A stretch of 64,000 nt of DNA, from the NCBI GenBank assembly GCA_965235115.1, contig OZ249439.1, positions 21,452,001 to 21,516,000 of the forward strand, in the 5' to 3' direction. Source of the DNA: Laetmonice hystrix (Eukaryota). Made by a program: the position numbers and the translations under genes. Numbering within the stretch: the stretch's first letter is position 1; every line of letters starts with the position of its first letter. Below are positions 12,501 through 23,860 of this stretch, one piece after another. Below the pieces are notes generated by a model, which did no database searches, was not told the DNA's origin, and saw only the letters and a list, made by a program, of their open reading frames with translations.

Positions 12501-12906
12501 TATAGTAAATTATAAAGAGACTCCGTTATTACCATAAAACCGAGAGTATAAGCTGGCACCTCAGTTATATGCTTGAGTGATATAGGCTAATAGTTACATT
12601 GACTGATGTTTATTTTGCTCCAGCTACACAGCAAAGACTGCATCCGACCTTGCTGGAGAGGTGACAGTCTATGCCATTCTCCTGGAGTGGCCCAAGGGAG
12701 ACGTTCTGGAGTTGGCCACGCCCACCCCACAGAACAACACTGTGGTCACGTGGTTGGGGTACAGTCGGGGCGCCATCTCGTGGAAGAAAGGAGCCAATGG
12801 CGGCATGGTTCTCAACCTGCCCAAGGTGTCACTGTCAGAGGTGCCATGTCTGTGGGCCTGGGTGTTCAAACTGACTGGGCTCCACAACTCTGATGTTCAC
12901 TCATAA
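9509..12906 (+). CDS. Alpha-L-fucosidase (GH29, FUCA-like) paralog A, predicted type II membrane anchor
   Basis: Exons 9509-10095, 10195-10301, 10411-10541, 10786-10919, 11294-11391, 11520-11652, 12117-12287, 12624-12906, all GT-AG and in phase. Motifs [24 protein letters not shown], nucleophile [30 protein letters not shown]. In-frame TGA upstream of ATG 9509. Confidence 0.96.
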
Positions 12907-13691
12907 CATCCTTTTTTATCCTCCCTTAGATGTGTGTTCTGCTTGGAAGTGAGAAAATTTACGGGTGGAACAGCACAAATCACAATAATACCGGTAAGAA
13001 AAAGAGAAAAATAGCTCGAAACATATTCATCAATAGAGATCTTTTAATTAGTTAGGAAGGATATGTTATTTCCTAATTAATGATTTAAATGTTTATGTGT
13101 ACACTGTTAGATATGTGGGTCACTTGTTCCCGTTATCTTGTCTATCCTGGTCCCTGTAGGATAGGGCTGGTGGAGGCTCACTATCATCTAATCATGATCT
13201 CATTTCACCTACAGGGAGAAAAAACCTTAGCAAAGTTTTAATGTGGAATACAACAATGCTCTTTTGGTACTATATTATTAATGTACCATCAAATACATAA
13301 AATACATAATCCTACCAACTGATTGAAACTCATTGCACCTTTTTAAAAAAAAGTTTGCATGATGTGATTTCCCATTTATTTAAATTCTCATTTGTTATTT
13401 CGAGAGTTTAATCATGTTTCAAGCTTTAACAATAGATGGTGGTATGTGGCATGGAAAGATTTCACTGGTTATGTTGTGCTATGTCTCAGGCCACAGAGTA
13501 TAAAGTTTTATTGGGGTCCTCTCATTGAATGCCTGGGGGACTCGGCGCCTTGCTTGCTGCAGTTTGAAAGCTTACATATTGACATCAGCTTGAGTGACTT
13601 GACATTCTACATCGATCCTCCTGCTTACGCAACCGCTTTCTTCTTGCCATAGGAGAGTATGTGTCGGTCTTGGGCTAGGTGGAATGGGATA

Positions 13692-14525
13692 TATGAGGTG
13701 AGAGTGGGGTATCATAGGTGGAGTTGGCTATCTATAGGTGGGAGTGTGAGGCATGAGGTGAGAGTGGGGTATCATAGGTGGAGTTGGCTATCTATAGGTG
13801 GGAGTGTGAGGTATGAGGTGAGAGTAGGGTATCATAGGTGGAGTTGGCTATCTATAGGTGGGAGTGTGAGGTGAGAGTGAGGTATCATCTATAGGTGGAG
13901 TTGGCTATCTATAGGTGGGAGTGTGAGGCGTGAGGTAAGAGTGGGGTATCATCTATAGGTGGAGTTGGCTATCTATAGGTGGGAGTGTGAGGTATGAGGT
14001 GAGAGTGGGGTATCATAGGTGGAGTTGGCTATCTATAAGTGGGAGTGTGAGGCATGAGGTGAGAGTGGGGTATCATAGGTGGAGTTGGCTATCTATAGGT
14101 GGGAGTGTGAGGCATGAGGTGAGAGTAGGGTATCATAGGTGGAGTTGGCTATCTATAGGTGAGAGTGTGAGGTGAGAGTGAGGTATCATCTATATGTGGA
14201 GTTGGCTATCTATAGGTGGGAGTGTGAGGTATGAGGTGAGAGTGGGGTATTATAGGTGGAGTTGGCTATCTATAGGTGGGAGTGTGAGGCATGAGGTGAG
14301 AGTGGGGTATCATAGGTGGAGTTGGCTATCTATAGGTGGGAGTGTGAGGTATGAGGTGAGAGTGGGGTATCATAGGTGGAGTTGGCTATCTATAGGTGGG
14401 AGTGTGAGGCATGAGGTGAGAGTGGGGTATCATAGGTGGAGTTGGCTATCTATAGGTGGGAGTGTGAGGTATGAGGTGAGAGTGGGGTATTATAGGTGGA
14501 GTTGGCTATAGGTGGGAGTGTGAGG
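13692..14525. repeat. 60-bp G-rich minisatellite, ~14 copies
   Basis: Unit GAGGTGAGAGTGGGGTATCATAGGTGGAGTTGGCTATCTATAGGTGGGAGTGTGAGG(C/T)AT; period visible against the 60-nt lines. Confidence 0.97.
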
Positions 14526-16345
14526 TGTTTAGCTAAGAGAGTTTGGGCTATGTATGGGAGGGAGTGTAAAGTGTTGGCAAGGTGGGCAGGGGAGGTGTGA
14601 GGCTAGTTTGTAGTTAATATGTGTATTTAAGGGGGGGGGGGGGGCAACCCAGGAGTGTTTGATTTTTCTCGATTTAAGTAGGCCTAATTTCAAAGCTTTT
14701 TAGTCTCACCACCGAAAGTGTGTTGGGGGGGGGGGTCCTGATATTTAACACACTGTCACAGTCATCGGTTTTGTACTACGTTATACTTGCCGAGACGACT
14801 TCGTAACATTATCTATGCCTCAGATTGTTGTTTGACTGTGATAACCAATCGCTCACGATACTACCGAGTGCCCAGTCTTCTTGCCTTACCGGGGCAATGC
14901 CACACTGAAGGATCCTGTGGTTTTCTTGCATTTTCTGTTGATTGTATGAAATTCGAAATGAGAGATTGGGTCGAGGCCAGTATCAAGTATGTCTTAATCG
15001 TCATACTGCACACTTTATCAGCCAGATCAAACGGCAGATTTGTAAGAAAACTATAGCTGATGCTCGAATTTTCACATATTTTTTCTAATAAGTGTCGCAG
15101 AATGCAAGAGAATACGATTTATAATTTAAGAGCAGGGCAATGTGAGTATAGTTTACTGCTCTGAAAATTCCTGTTAAAGACCGGGATGATTTTTTTAATC
15201 AGCATTTCTTTATAGCTCTTTACAGTGTTGTGTAGAGTAATTCTCTTATTTTTGCATTTTGTCGTATGTTTTATATGTCATTGTCAGTTCAGTTAGCATT
15301 GTGGAGAAAGTGACTTGTATCCAGGTTCCTGTTAGTGACAGTGGACAAAGGGTTTAGTGTGTTAGGCCCTGTGATTCATTGGGCCCTGTTAGCAAAGTGT
15401 CAATACAACAACATAGGATTGGAAGTCGCTCCTGGTCACTGGGTGCAGGATCGCTAGGTCGGTGTACCTCTGGCCATTGTATCGACATCGTTTAGATCGA
15501 ACACCTAGATGTTCCGTGCTGGTTGTGTGGTGACTGTGGTTGGTATGGGTTTGTTATCATTTATCATAAATTATGTGAGGAGAAATCATGTGTGGACAGC
15601 AAATATATTTGAAATTAATTATCAATGAGCATTTGATATGTTTGGAGTTAGTGATCTATGGCCATGAAATATGTTCGGAGTTATTGATGTATGGGCGTTA
15701 AATGTATTTTACATTCGGGATCTATAGACATTAAACATATTTGAAGTCAATAAGAACTGATTTAATGTGTTTTATCTTCTGTTGACGAAGGCCAGTCGGT
15801 GTGTTGACCAGGTCCATTTGTCTACGTTATGTTCACTCGCTAACGTCAACATAGGGGTATCGATTTTTTTATTAAATGTGTGTCTGGTAAATAAATACAT
15901 GCATCACGAACGAAGGCACCATAACGAGATCGTGTGTTGTTGAACTGCTATACTTGTCTACACCTAGTGGGTTGAGAAAAAGGTCCTTGAGGCAACGGTT
16001 TGGTGGTAAAGGTCCTGTCCAAAATATGGCCACGCACTATTTGGTAATAAAGTAAGTAAATGCAAAATGTGTGCTTGGGTGATATGCCGTTTCAACAGTA
16101 TTTCGGCCTCATCAGGGCGACAACAACGCCATTAAACAAGTAGGTCTACTGTACCTTATGCCTGTGAACATTGGTCAGGATATTGAGAACGGACTGGTAA
16201 CGTTTCGAATTGAAAATAAAGCTGGACAGAGTTTAGACTTCACAGTTGAATTACTGCCTAAAGGGCGTAAACAGGCCCCGACAAAAAAAAAACACTCAGA
16301 GTACCGTAAGCCAATCATAATGCCATTGATACTGCTATTAGACAC

Positions 16346-18283
16346 TTACTCTTTACTCTTCTCGCCATTAGGTTTGTCATCATGTAAAATACTTTCAACA
16401 GTGTCAATGAACACTCTCCTATCTGGTGTTCTGATAAAGTTATCATCCAGGCTGATGTGCCTTATTCCCTTCAGACATGAGATTCTCTGACTCGCGTACA
16501 AGAAGAGTTGATTTACTCTCTGTACGAGTCGACCCAGCAACTTTCCTTTAGTTCGCTCTTCTATGAAGAGAACAATCGTAATGCGTTCTAGTTTAAGTAT
16601 GTTGTCTTTAAGTTGGGATATTTCATCTATCCGCTTTGTCATAATCGCAATAAGTAAATTGACCAAGCCCATTGAAATAACGACGAGGAGAAGTATATAT
16701 ATGATCATAGCAACGTGAGGTGTTGACGCACAGGAGAAGAAGACATCCTTGGGCGACATGACAGCGAGCATGAGAAGGAATGTTCCGTACAGCGCACCCC
16801 CCATCTTGCCCAGATTGTTCAAGTCCACACAGCTCGTGTTGCTCAGTGTTGTTAGATTCTGTGCACAGGCCGGGATATCGACGTGTAGTAGGAACAGTGA
16901 CAACGCAAAGGCAAGGAACACGAGAAATATAGTAAGGTAATATATAAGGGCGTCGACCATGAGTTTTTGTATGATAATGAGCAAGTGGCCTATGTTCTTC
17001 TGTACTTGGAGGAAGAATAAGAGGGAGAGTGGGCAAAGGAGCCCACCAATTAGAAAGCAGAACCGAATATATTTTGGAAATTTGCATCTGAATGGGTAGG
17101 AGATTCCGGTAAATAGAACGGCGATACAGAAGAATAACTGAATCACCCTGTAGACAAACGTGAACGTGACGGGGAAGTGGCCTTTCAAGATGTCTCGCGA
17201 TGAACTCAGGGACTCTTGTAAGTTGTTCTTGATGTGTATAAGCTCAACGCTCAGGAATAATGCTGCAAACACCGTGGCGAAGGTGAACACCACATAGGAC
17301 ATGGATCCAGTGTTGACAAATTGTAAAAGAGATTTGGCATATAGGATGACGAGAAGTGCCCATATAACTACGACACAGACTAGTCGATGGTAAAGGGATT
17401 GAAACTTCAGCTCAATCCAGGTATTAAAAGGTTCTCTAGAAAGTAACGAACTTCTTTGTGCACGGCAAAGCTGGCCTTCGTCCATCCTTGTTAAGTGATA
17501 CAGAAGTGACCTGTGGACCTTGGCATTAGGCCCCTCAAAGTCAGTGACGTCATAGCGAGCCATTCCTGTTGACCCATAAGTGGTGCTGCTCACCTTATAC
17601 ACGCCTGGCGTGGAGATGAGGGCTTGAAGCATTTCTGGCAAGCCGAGTTCTGCAGCCAACTCTACGGGTATCCTCCTCTTAAAGTTGGGGGTTCCTAAAA
17701 CTGATTTCCAAAGACATTTATCATCCACACTTTCACGTAAGTATTGGTACATTGAAAGAGATCTGTTTGGAATTTCTTCTGAAAGCCGAACCAGAACGTG
17801 TATGACATTTTCTCCAGCTGAATCGCGTGTCTGGAGAGTCGCCCCATGGAGTAGAACTGTCCTCACCACCAAGCGGTTTCCACTGGCGCATGCCATAGCC
17901 AGCGGTAGTTCAATGCGTCCTGCACTTTGGGTTGCCGTAAGAAGACTGTGGTCGACGGTTGGAGCGTGAGACATTTCCTCGTTCACAGACTTCTGTTCCT
18001 CGGGGGACAGGTCATCCAAAATGTAACTGAGGTAGGCGTGACCTGGAAATGAAACCGCCAAGTTCTCCGGCATTGTTGTTGGTGTGTTGAAAACCAGCTT
18101 AATAAGGTCTCTGTTCTGTATTTGATCCAAGATGGTAGAAAGTTCATGATAATCGTCTTTAAATAGAGCTGTGTGTAGAGGGGTAAGCACCATTGGAATT
18201 TCGTTACTTTTAGACAGCTGAAAGTAAAACTTTTCTAGGTATAATCTACATGCTTTCAATTCGAGGGTTTTAGACAGGCCCAT
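16346..18283 (-). CDS. TRPV-like channel, copy 1 (645 aa, intronless ORF)
   Basis: Ankyrin repeats (LPLAMACASGN, GENVIHVLV, PVELAAELG), TRPV-type linker (TYGSTGMARYDVTDFE), six hydrophobic segments, S6/TRP helix VNLLIAIMTKR..ILKLERITIVLFIEER. A splice acceptor 1 nt upstream of the ATG means the true N-terminus may be longer. Confidence 0.9.
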   Translation of the reverse strand: MGLSKTLELKACRLYLEKFYFQLSKSNEIPMVLTPLHTALFKDDYHELSTILDQIQNRDLIKLVFNTPTTMPENLAVSFPGHAYLSYILDDLSPEEQKSVNEEMSHAPTVDHSLLTATQSAGRIELPLAMACASGNRLVVRTVLLHGATLQTRDSAGENVIHVLVRLSEEIPNRSLSMYQYLRESVDDKCLWKSVLGTPNFKRRIPVELAAELGLPEMLQALISTPGVYKVSSTTYGSTGMARYDVTDFEGPNAKVHRSLLYHLTRMDEGQLCRAQRSSLLSREPFNTWIELKFQSLYHRLVCVVVIWALLVILYAKSLLQFVNTGSMSYVVFTFATVFAALFLSVELIHIKNNLQESLSSSRDILKGHFPVTFTFVYRVIQLFFCIAVLFTGISYPFRCKFPKYIRFCFLIGGLLCPLSLLFFLQVQKNIGHLLIIIQKLMVDALIYYLTIFLVFLAFALSLFLLHVDIPACAQNLTTLSNTSCVDLNNLGKMGGALYGTFLLMLAVMSPKDVFFSCASTPHVAMIIYILLLVVISMGLVNLLIAIMTKRIDEISQLKDNILKLERITIVLFIEERTKGKLLGRLVQRVNQLFLYASQRISCLKGIRHISLDDNFIRTPDRRVFIDTVESILHDDKPNGEKSKE

Positions 18284-18303
18284 TCTGGAAGGTTGTTAAA
18301 TAC

Positions 18304-18853
18304 CTCTCAGAGTGTGCACTCCTCTAGAGTATCGCAGACCTCTCACAGTGTCCACTCCTTGAGAGCCTCACAGCCCTCTCACAATGTCCACTTCTCTAGG
18401 GTACCTCTCACAGTGTCCACTCCTCTAGGGTCTCACAGACCTCTCACAGTGTCCACTCTGTGGTCTCACAGACTTCTCACAGTGTCCACTCCTCTAGAGA
18501 CCTTTCACAGTGTCCACTCCTCTAGGGTCTCACAGACCTCTCACAGTGTCCACTCTAGGGTCTCACAGACCTCTCACAGTGTCCACTCCTCTAGAGTATC
18601 AGACCTCTCACAGTGTCGACTCCTCGAGTATCGCAGACCTCTCACACTGTCCACTCCTCTAGGGTCTCACAGACCTCTCACAGTGTCGACTCCTCGAGTA
18701 TCACAGACCTCTAACACTGTCCACTCTAGGGTCTCACAGACCTCTCACAGTGTCCACTCCTCTAGAGTATCAGACCTCTCACAGTGTCCACTCTAGGGTC
18801 TCACAGACCTCTCACAGTGTCCACTCTAGGGTCTCACAGACCTCTCACACTGT
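18304..18853. repeat. 33-36-bp minisatellite directly 5' of TRPV copy 1
   Basis: Unit CTAGGGTCTCACAGACCTCTCACAGTGTCCACT(CCT) with CTAGAGTATC and GTCGACT variants, ~16 copies. Confidence 0.95.
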
Positions 18854-21164
18854 TCACCATGTGCACGCTCTCACAGAGTTGTCACAGAAGTTACCTTTCT
18901 CTTCTGTCACAGACTTGTTAGAAACAAAGACAACACGTGTCACACGTTCCGTAAGTTGTCGTAAATGGGCTGGAGGCTACGTCTGAGTTCACAAAACATT
19001 GCCGCAACTATGGGAACAGCCGTATAGATTACAGCATCCAACTAATGCCCCACCTGTTTATTCTGTGATTATGTAACTGCTGATGGAAAGACTCATTGAT
19101 TCCTGGTGTAGTCTACGGACTGTAGTCTACGGACTGTAGTCTACAAATATATTCGTCATCATGTTGCACGTTTGTCATCGATTTAGATTTCGGTTGATGT
19201 AGAAAATGTATGCAGATCTATGATTCTAACAAATGTCTTTTTAAATGTCAAACGGAACTACACATTAAACTAATGTTATGGTTCAACACAAATAACCAAC
19301 TAAAACTTAATTTAAACATGTTATATTTGTGTATTGAATATGCATCCATTTAAGTTCTCTTTCGTCCAGACTGTGTTGTTTGAGAGATTTCCTGTTCAAT
19401 ATCTTTAAAAACCCGAGCGGGAAATGCAGAAGTAGAATGAGCGGGTTGCAGATTTTATGACATGTCGGCAATTAAGCCAAGCTTCACGGCGGGAACTGCT
19501 AGAAAGATCGGAATACGGAACCTATGCGCCCACAGTGAATGATGGTAGCGGATGTTGGTTCACGTTGCTGTTGTTGGGCAGAGCAAACAATATTTTCCTA
19601 GTCTGTTTTTCGACTCTAAAATATAATTCAACACTTTTTGAATAAAGACATCATCATGTCCTCCTGTGATTCGATGCGATTTGTGAATGAAAACAGAAAC
19701 AGCCTCTTTTATTAGATCTCTAAATTTTATTAAGCAGGTATACTTATTCGGTACACAACCTAGTAGCCTACGTAATAATAAAAAAAAGGCATCCTTGCCT
19801 AGTAATTTATCTTTTTTTCGGAGACAATCCTCAACTGCCTTAGGGGTAAACCATTTGATACACACCAACACAGGGGTCGGGCAACAAAATAAGAGTGTCC
19901 TTTGTGAATTGCTTCTTTTTTTGCATGTGTGACCAGAACTGCCCTTTTTTGCACCATCTGCTGCACAAACATTTTTTGAAAAGAAAATATAAAGGTTATA
20001 TATGCTCACTGTGGGTATACCATAGTTAAATCTTTATATTAGGTCCTCGACACTCTCACAGTAGCAGAATATACGATAGGATCTTAACTACATCAGTATA
20101 CTGTAAACAACTATAGTAGGACAGAAAGCACAGATGCAATATTGACCTAAAAAAGATTCGGTCTGAAAGATTCAATATACATGTAACTATAACCGATGCA
20201 GTCCCAACACTGGCAGGAGCTAGATGCCCTTATGTAGTTTTATCTGCCGCTGGTAGTACATTTACATTACATGGCGTAATCATACACAAAGCTCTACTAA
20301 ACCTGCGGGGAACACATCTTGAATGATACCATAATCTACTACAATCTACAACATGAATGTTGACGGAGACCTAGCCTACCCCTCGTTCACATTGGAGGCT
20401 TGTTCCGACGCCTACCCGCTGTTTCGGGTGGCCACCTGAACGCAATCATAAACTACATCGCGTAAGCCCCCGAGTTGGGGGCATAGCTATGTCGGTGACT
20501 ACTTACGTCGAGTAACTTCAATCTGAACGCTCGCTTGCCGACATAGTGCACCATAGTGCACCAGGGGGTACCGGTGCATTGATGCAACCCTGAAAATCTG
20601 TCCAAACTATGACAAAAATACGCGTTTCTCGGTACCAAACCTTTGGCCAGGTCGCACTACTTGATGAGGTCTCCTGGTAAGTTGACTTTACCCATTTTTG
20701 TTAAAGCGGCAGCTTGGCCATCTGCGACGCCACCTAGGTGATTCGCTTCTCGACACGCTCTGGTGGGTATGGACTTTAGTGCGGGTAAGTGTCAATGTGA
20801 ACGCGAGCAGCCGTAAGATCTTATCAGATGTGCCAGAAAATTTTGGTCCGGACGAGCAGTGTGAATTAACCCCACCTAGGCCTACTATTCTAGATGTTTA
20901 AGTACATAATGCCACTTATGCAGGAATTTAGTTATTATGAGAGTGAGAGTGCTATTCCATATGTGAAGGGAAAGAACGTCTCAGTAAATATAAAGTTTAA
21001 AACGAGAAATGAAAGAAATTGAAATAACTCAATGATTGAACAAGTAAAGAGCAGAGAACATGTTTTACTTTTACACACAACACAGTCTCAAAATGTTTAA
21101 ACAGGAATCAAAGAAGTCAGCCAAACCATCGCCCAATAGTTTCAGAGAAAAACAGAGACTATAA

Positions 21165-23063
21165 TTAGTCATCATGTAAAATACTTTCAACAGTATCAAT
21201 AAAAACTCGCCCATCTGGTGTTCTGATAAAATAATCAGCTTCATCTCGTCTCTTTGGAAGTATGATTCGTTTGTTGGAGTACGCCAAGACTCGAGTAACT
21301 GCCCGCAAAAATAGCGCCAGCAGCTTTGTTTTCGTTCGCTCTTCTATGTAAAGGACAATCGAGATGCGTTCTAGTTTGAGGATGTTGTCTTTAAGTGTGG
21401 ATATTTCTTCTATCCTTTTAGTCATAATTGCGATAAGTAAATTTACTAAACCCATGGAAATAACGACCAATAGAAATACATACAATATCATAGCAAGGAG
21501 AGGCAGTGAGGAGCATGAGAAGAAGACATCCTTGGGCGACATGACAGCGAGCATGAGAAGGAATGTTCCGTACAGCGCACCCCCAATGTTGCCCAGATTG
21601 TTCATCTCCACACAGCTCGTGTTGCTCAATGTTGTTAGATTCTGTGGACAGGCCGGGATATCGACGTGTAGTAGGAACAGTGACAACGCAAAGGCAAGGA
21701 ACACGAGAAATATAGTAAGGTAATATATAAGGGCGTCGACCATGAGTTTTTGTATGATAATGAGCAAGTGGCCTATGTTCTTCTGTACTTGGAGGAAGAA
21801 TAAGAAGGAGAGTGGGCACAGGAACCCACCAATCACGAAGCAGGCCAGAAGAAATCTGGGACATTTACATTTGAATGGCATGGAGACAACAGTAAATATA
21901 ATAGTCACACAGAAAAATAACTGAATCATCCTGTATATGAACGTGAACGTGACGGGGATGTGGCCATTCAGGATGTCTTGCGTTGACTCAAGGAACTCCC
22001 TCACATTGACCTTGACGTGGCAAACTTCAACAATCAAAAATAATGCTGGCAAAATCATGGCCAAGAAGTAGAATGCAAATGGCACATCACCAGTATTAAC
22101 AAACAGTACAAAACATACACCATAAAGGATGACGAGAAGTACCCATGTAACTATGATACAGACTAGTTGATGGTAAAGGGATTGAAACTTCAGTTCAATC
22201 CAGGTATTAAAAGGTTCTCTAGAAAGTAACGAACTTCTTTGTGCACGGCAAAGCTGGCCTTCGTCCATCCTTGTTAAGTGATACAGAAGGGACCGGTGGA
22301 TCTTGGCATTAGGCCCCTCAAAGTCAGTGACGTCATAGCGAGCCATTCCTTTTGACCCATAAGTGGTGCTGCTCACCTTATACACGCCTGGCGTGGAGAT
22401 GAGGGCTTGAAGCATTTCTGGCAAGCCGAGTTCTGCAGCCAACTCTACGGGTATCCTCCTCTTAAAGTTGGGGGTTCCCAAAACTGATTTCCAAAGAGAT
22501 TTGTCATCCACACTTTCACGTAAGTATTGATACATTGAAAGAGATCTGTTTGGAATTTCTTCTGAAAGCCGAACCAGAACGTGTATGACATTTTCTCCAG
22601 CTGAATCGCGTGTCTGGAGAGTCGCCCCATGGAGTAGAACTGTCCTCACCACCAAGCGGTTTCCACTGGCGCATGCCATAGCCAGCGGTAGTTCAATGCG
22701 TCCTATACCTTGGGTTGACGTAAGAAGACTGTGGTCGACGGTTGGAGCGTGAGAAAGTTCCTCGTTCACAGACGTCTGTTCCTCAGGGGACAGGTCATCC
22801 AAAATGTAACTGAGGTAGGCGTGACCTGCAAATGGTACCAAGGTCGTTTGGAGAGTTGTTGATGTGTTCAACACCAATTCGATAAGGTCTTTGTTCTGTA
22901 TCTGCTCCAAGATGGTAGTAAGTTCGTCATATTCGCCTCTTAACAAAGCTGTGTGTAGAGGGGTAAGCACCATTGGAATATTGTTACTTTTAGACAGCTG
23001 GGAGTAAAATTTCTCCAGGTATAATCTACACGCTTTCCACTGGAGGGCTTTACACAGACTCAT
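21165..23063 (-). CDS. TRPV-like channel, copy 2 (632 aa, intronless ORF)
   Basis: Colinear paralog of 16346-18283 with the same ankyrin, six-TM and TRP-helix motifs. Confidence 0.9.
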   Translation of the reverse strand: MSLCKALQWKACRLYLEKFYSQLSKSNNIPMVLTPLHTALLRGEYDELTTILEQIQNKDLIELVLNTSTTLQTTLVPFAGHAYLSYILDDLSPEEQTSVNEELSHAPTVDHSLLTSTQGIGRIELPLAMACASGNRLVVRTVLLHGATLQTRDSAGENVIHVLVRLSEEIPNRSLSMYQYLRESVDDKSLWKSVLGTPNFKRRIPVELAAELGLPEMLQALISTPGVYKVSSTTYGSKGMARYDVTDFEGPNAKIHRSLLYHLTRMDEGQLCRAQRSSLLSREPFNTWIELKFQSLYHQLVCIIVTWVLLVILYGVCFVLFVNTGDVPFAFYFLAMILPALFLIVEVCHVKVNVREFLESTQDILNGHIPVTFTFIYRMIQLFFCVTIIFTVVSMPFKCKCPRFLLACFVIGGFLCPLSFLFFLQVQKNIGHLLIIIQKLMVDALIYYLTIFLVFLAFALSLFLLHVDIPACPQNLTTLSNTSCVEMNNLGNIGGALYGTFLLMLAVMSPKDVFFSCSSLPLLAMILYVFLLVVISMGLVNLLIAIMTKRIEEISTLKDNILKLERISIVLYIEERTKTKLLALFLRAVTRVLAYSNKRIILPKRRDEADYFIRTPDGRVFIDTVESILHDD

Positions 23064-23579
23064 TTCAGAGTTTCTTCTCTGTGTTTTGTCTTGCCGTTAT
23101 GTCCTTTAACAGTATCTACCCTTCTGTCCGTTCTGTCCGTCACAATGTTCACACCTGTATAACACACACCTGTATCAGCAGCAAAGATGGGTTCAAGACT
23201 ATGTGTAACTAATTCTTGTATATAAATAGCGATTGAGGGGAACCAGCAGAGCCTGGGAATATGAGAAAATGAATCCATAGATTAAGGGATCCACTATACT
23301 GAGTGTTGGTTATTCAACAAATAGAAAGAGAAAAAGTCCAGATACACAAATATGTTCATCATCATGTAATTGCACCTGTCATTGATTTTGGTGTCGGTTG
23401 AACCCACGGTATTTTGTTACTGTTTAATGTCGAACAGCAATCTGTTTGTTCAGTGAATGCACCATCTATTGAATCTCGCTTTATGTACACTGGGTTGTTT
23501 GAGAAACTTTCTGTTCAAAAGCTGTACAACACTGAGCAACAAACAAAAGAAACAATATAATGCCATGTAGTCACTCTAA

Positions 23580-23860
23580 GGACGGACCATTTGATACGTG
23601 GTGGTGGGAGGGGGGGCTATGTGGGTTTCTTTTTTGAAAAGAAAACCTGTTCACCGAACACAGGGGGGAAAATAGTTTGTTCATCAAACTTCATAAAAAA
23701 AATATTTTGTTTTATATGTAAAAAAAAATATATAGTATAGTCGAAATTGGGGGGAAATAGTTTCATTAATGGTCATAGCGAAATAAAATAGCTTCGGCCT
23801 TGGGGCAAAAAGAAAAGTTCATGAAGAACCCCTCCCCCCAGGTATCAAATGGTCCGCCCC
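23580..23860. mobile_element. PIF/Harbinger (Tourist-like) MITE
   Basis: TAA|GGACGGACCATTTGATAC ... GTATCAAATGGTCCGCCCC|TAA. A related partial end (TTAGGGGTAAACCATTTGATAC) lies near 19840. Confidence 0.8.

Noticed and set aside
13659-14511. ORFs repeating YEVRVGYHRWSWLSIGGSVR
   Set aside because: By-product of a stop-free 60-bp unit; frame breaks at variant units; no gene context.
14787-16340. Short ORFs and splice-like sites between fucosidase A and TRPV copy 1
   Set aside because: No consistent exon chain or known motif.
18293-18986. Ser/His-rich repetitive ORFs
   Set aside because: Translation of the 33-36-bp minisatellite.
16623-21924. Shared antisense and alternative-frame ORFs in both TRPV copies
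   Set aside because: Explained by near-identical nucleotide tracts; they break where the paralogs diverge.
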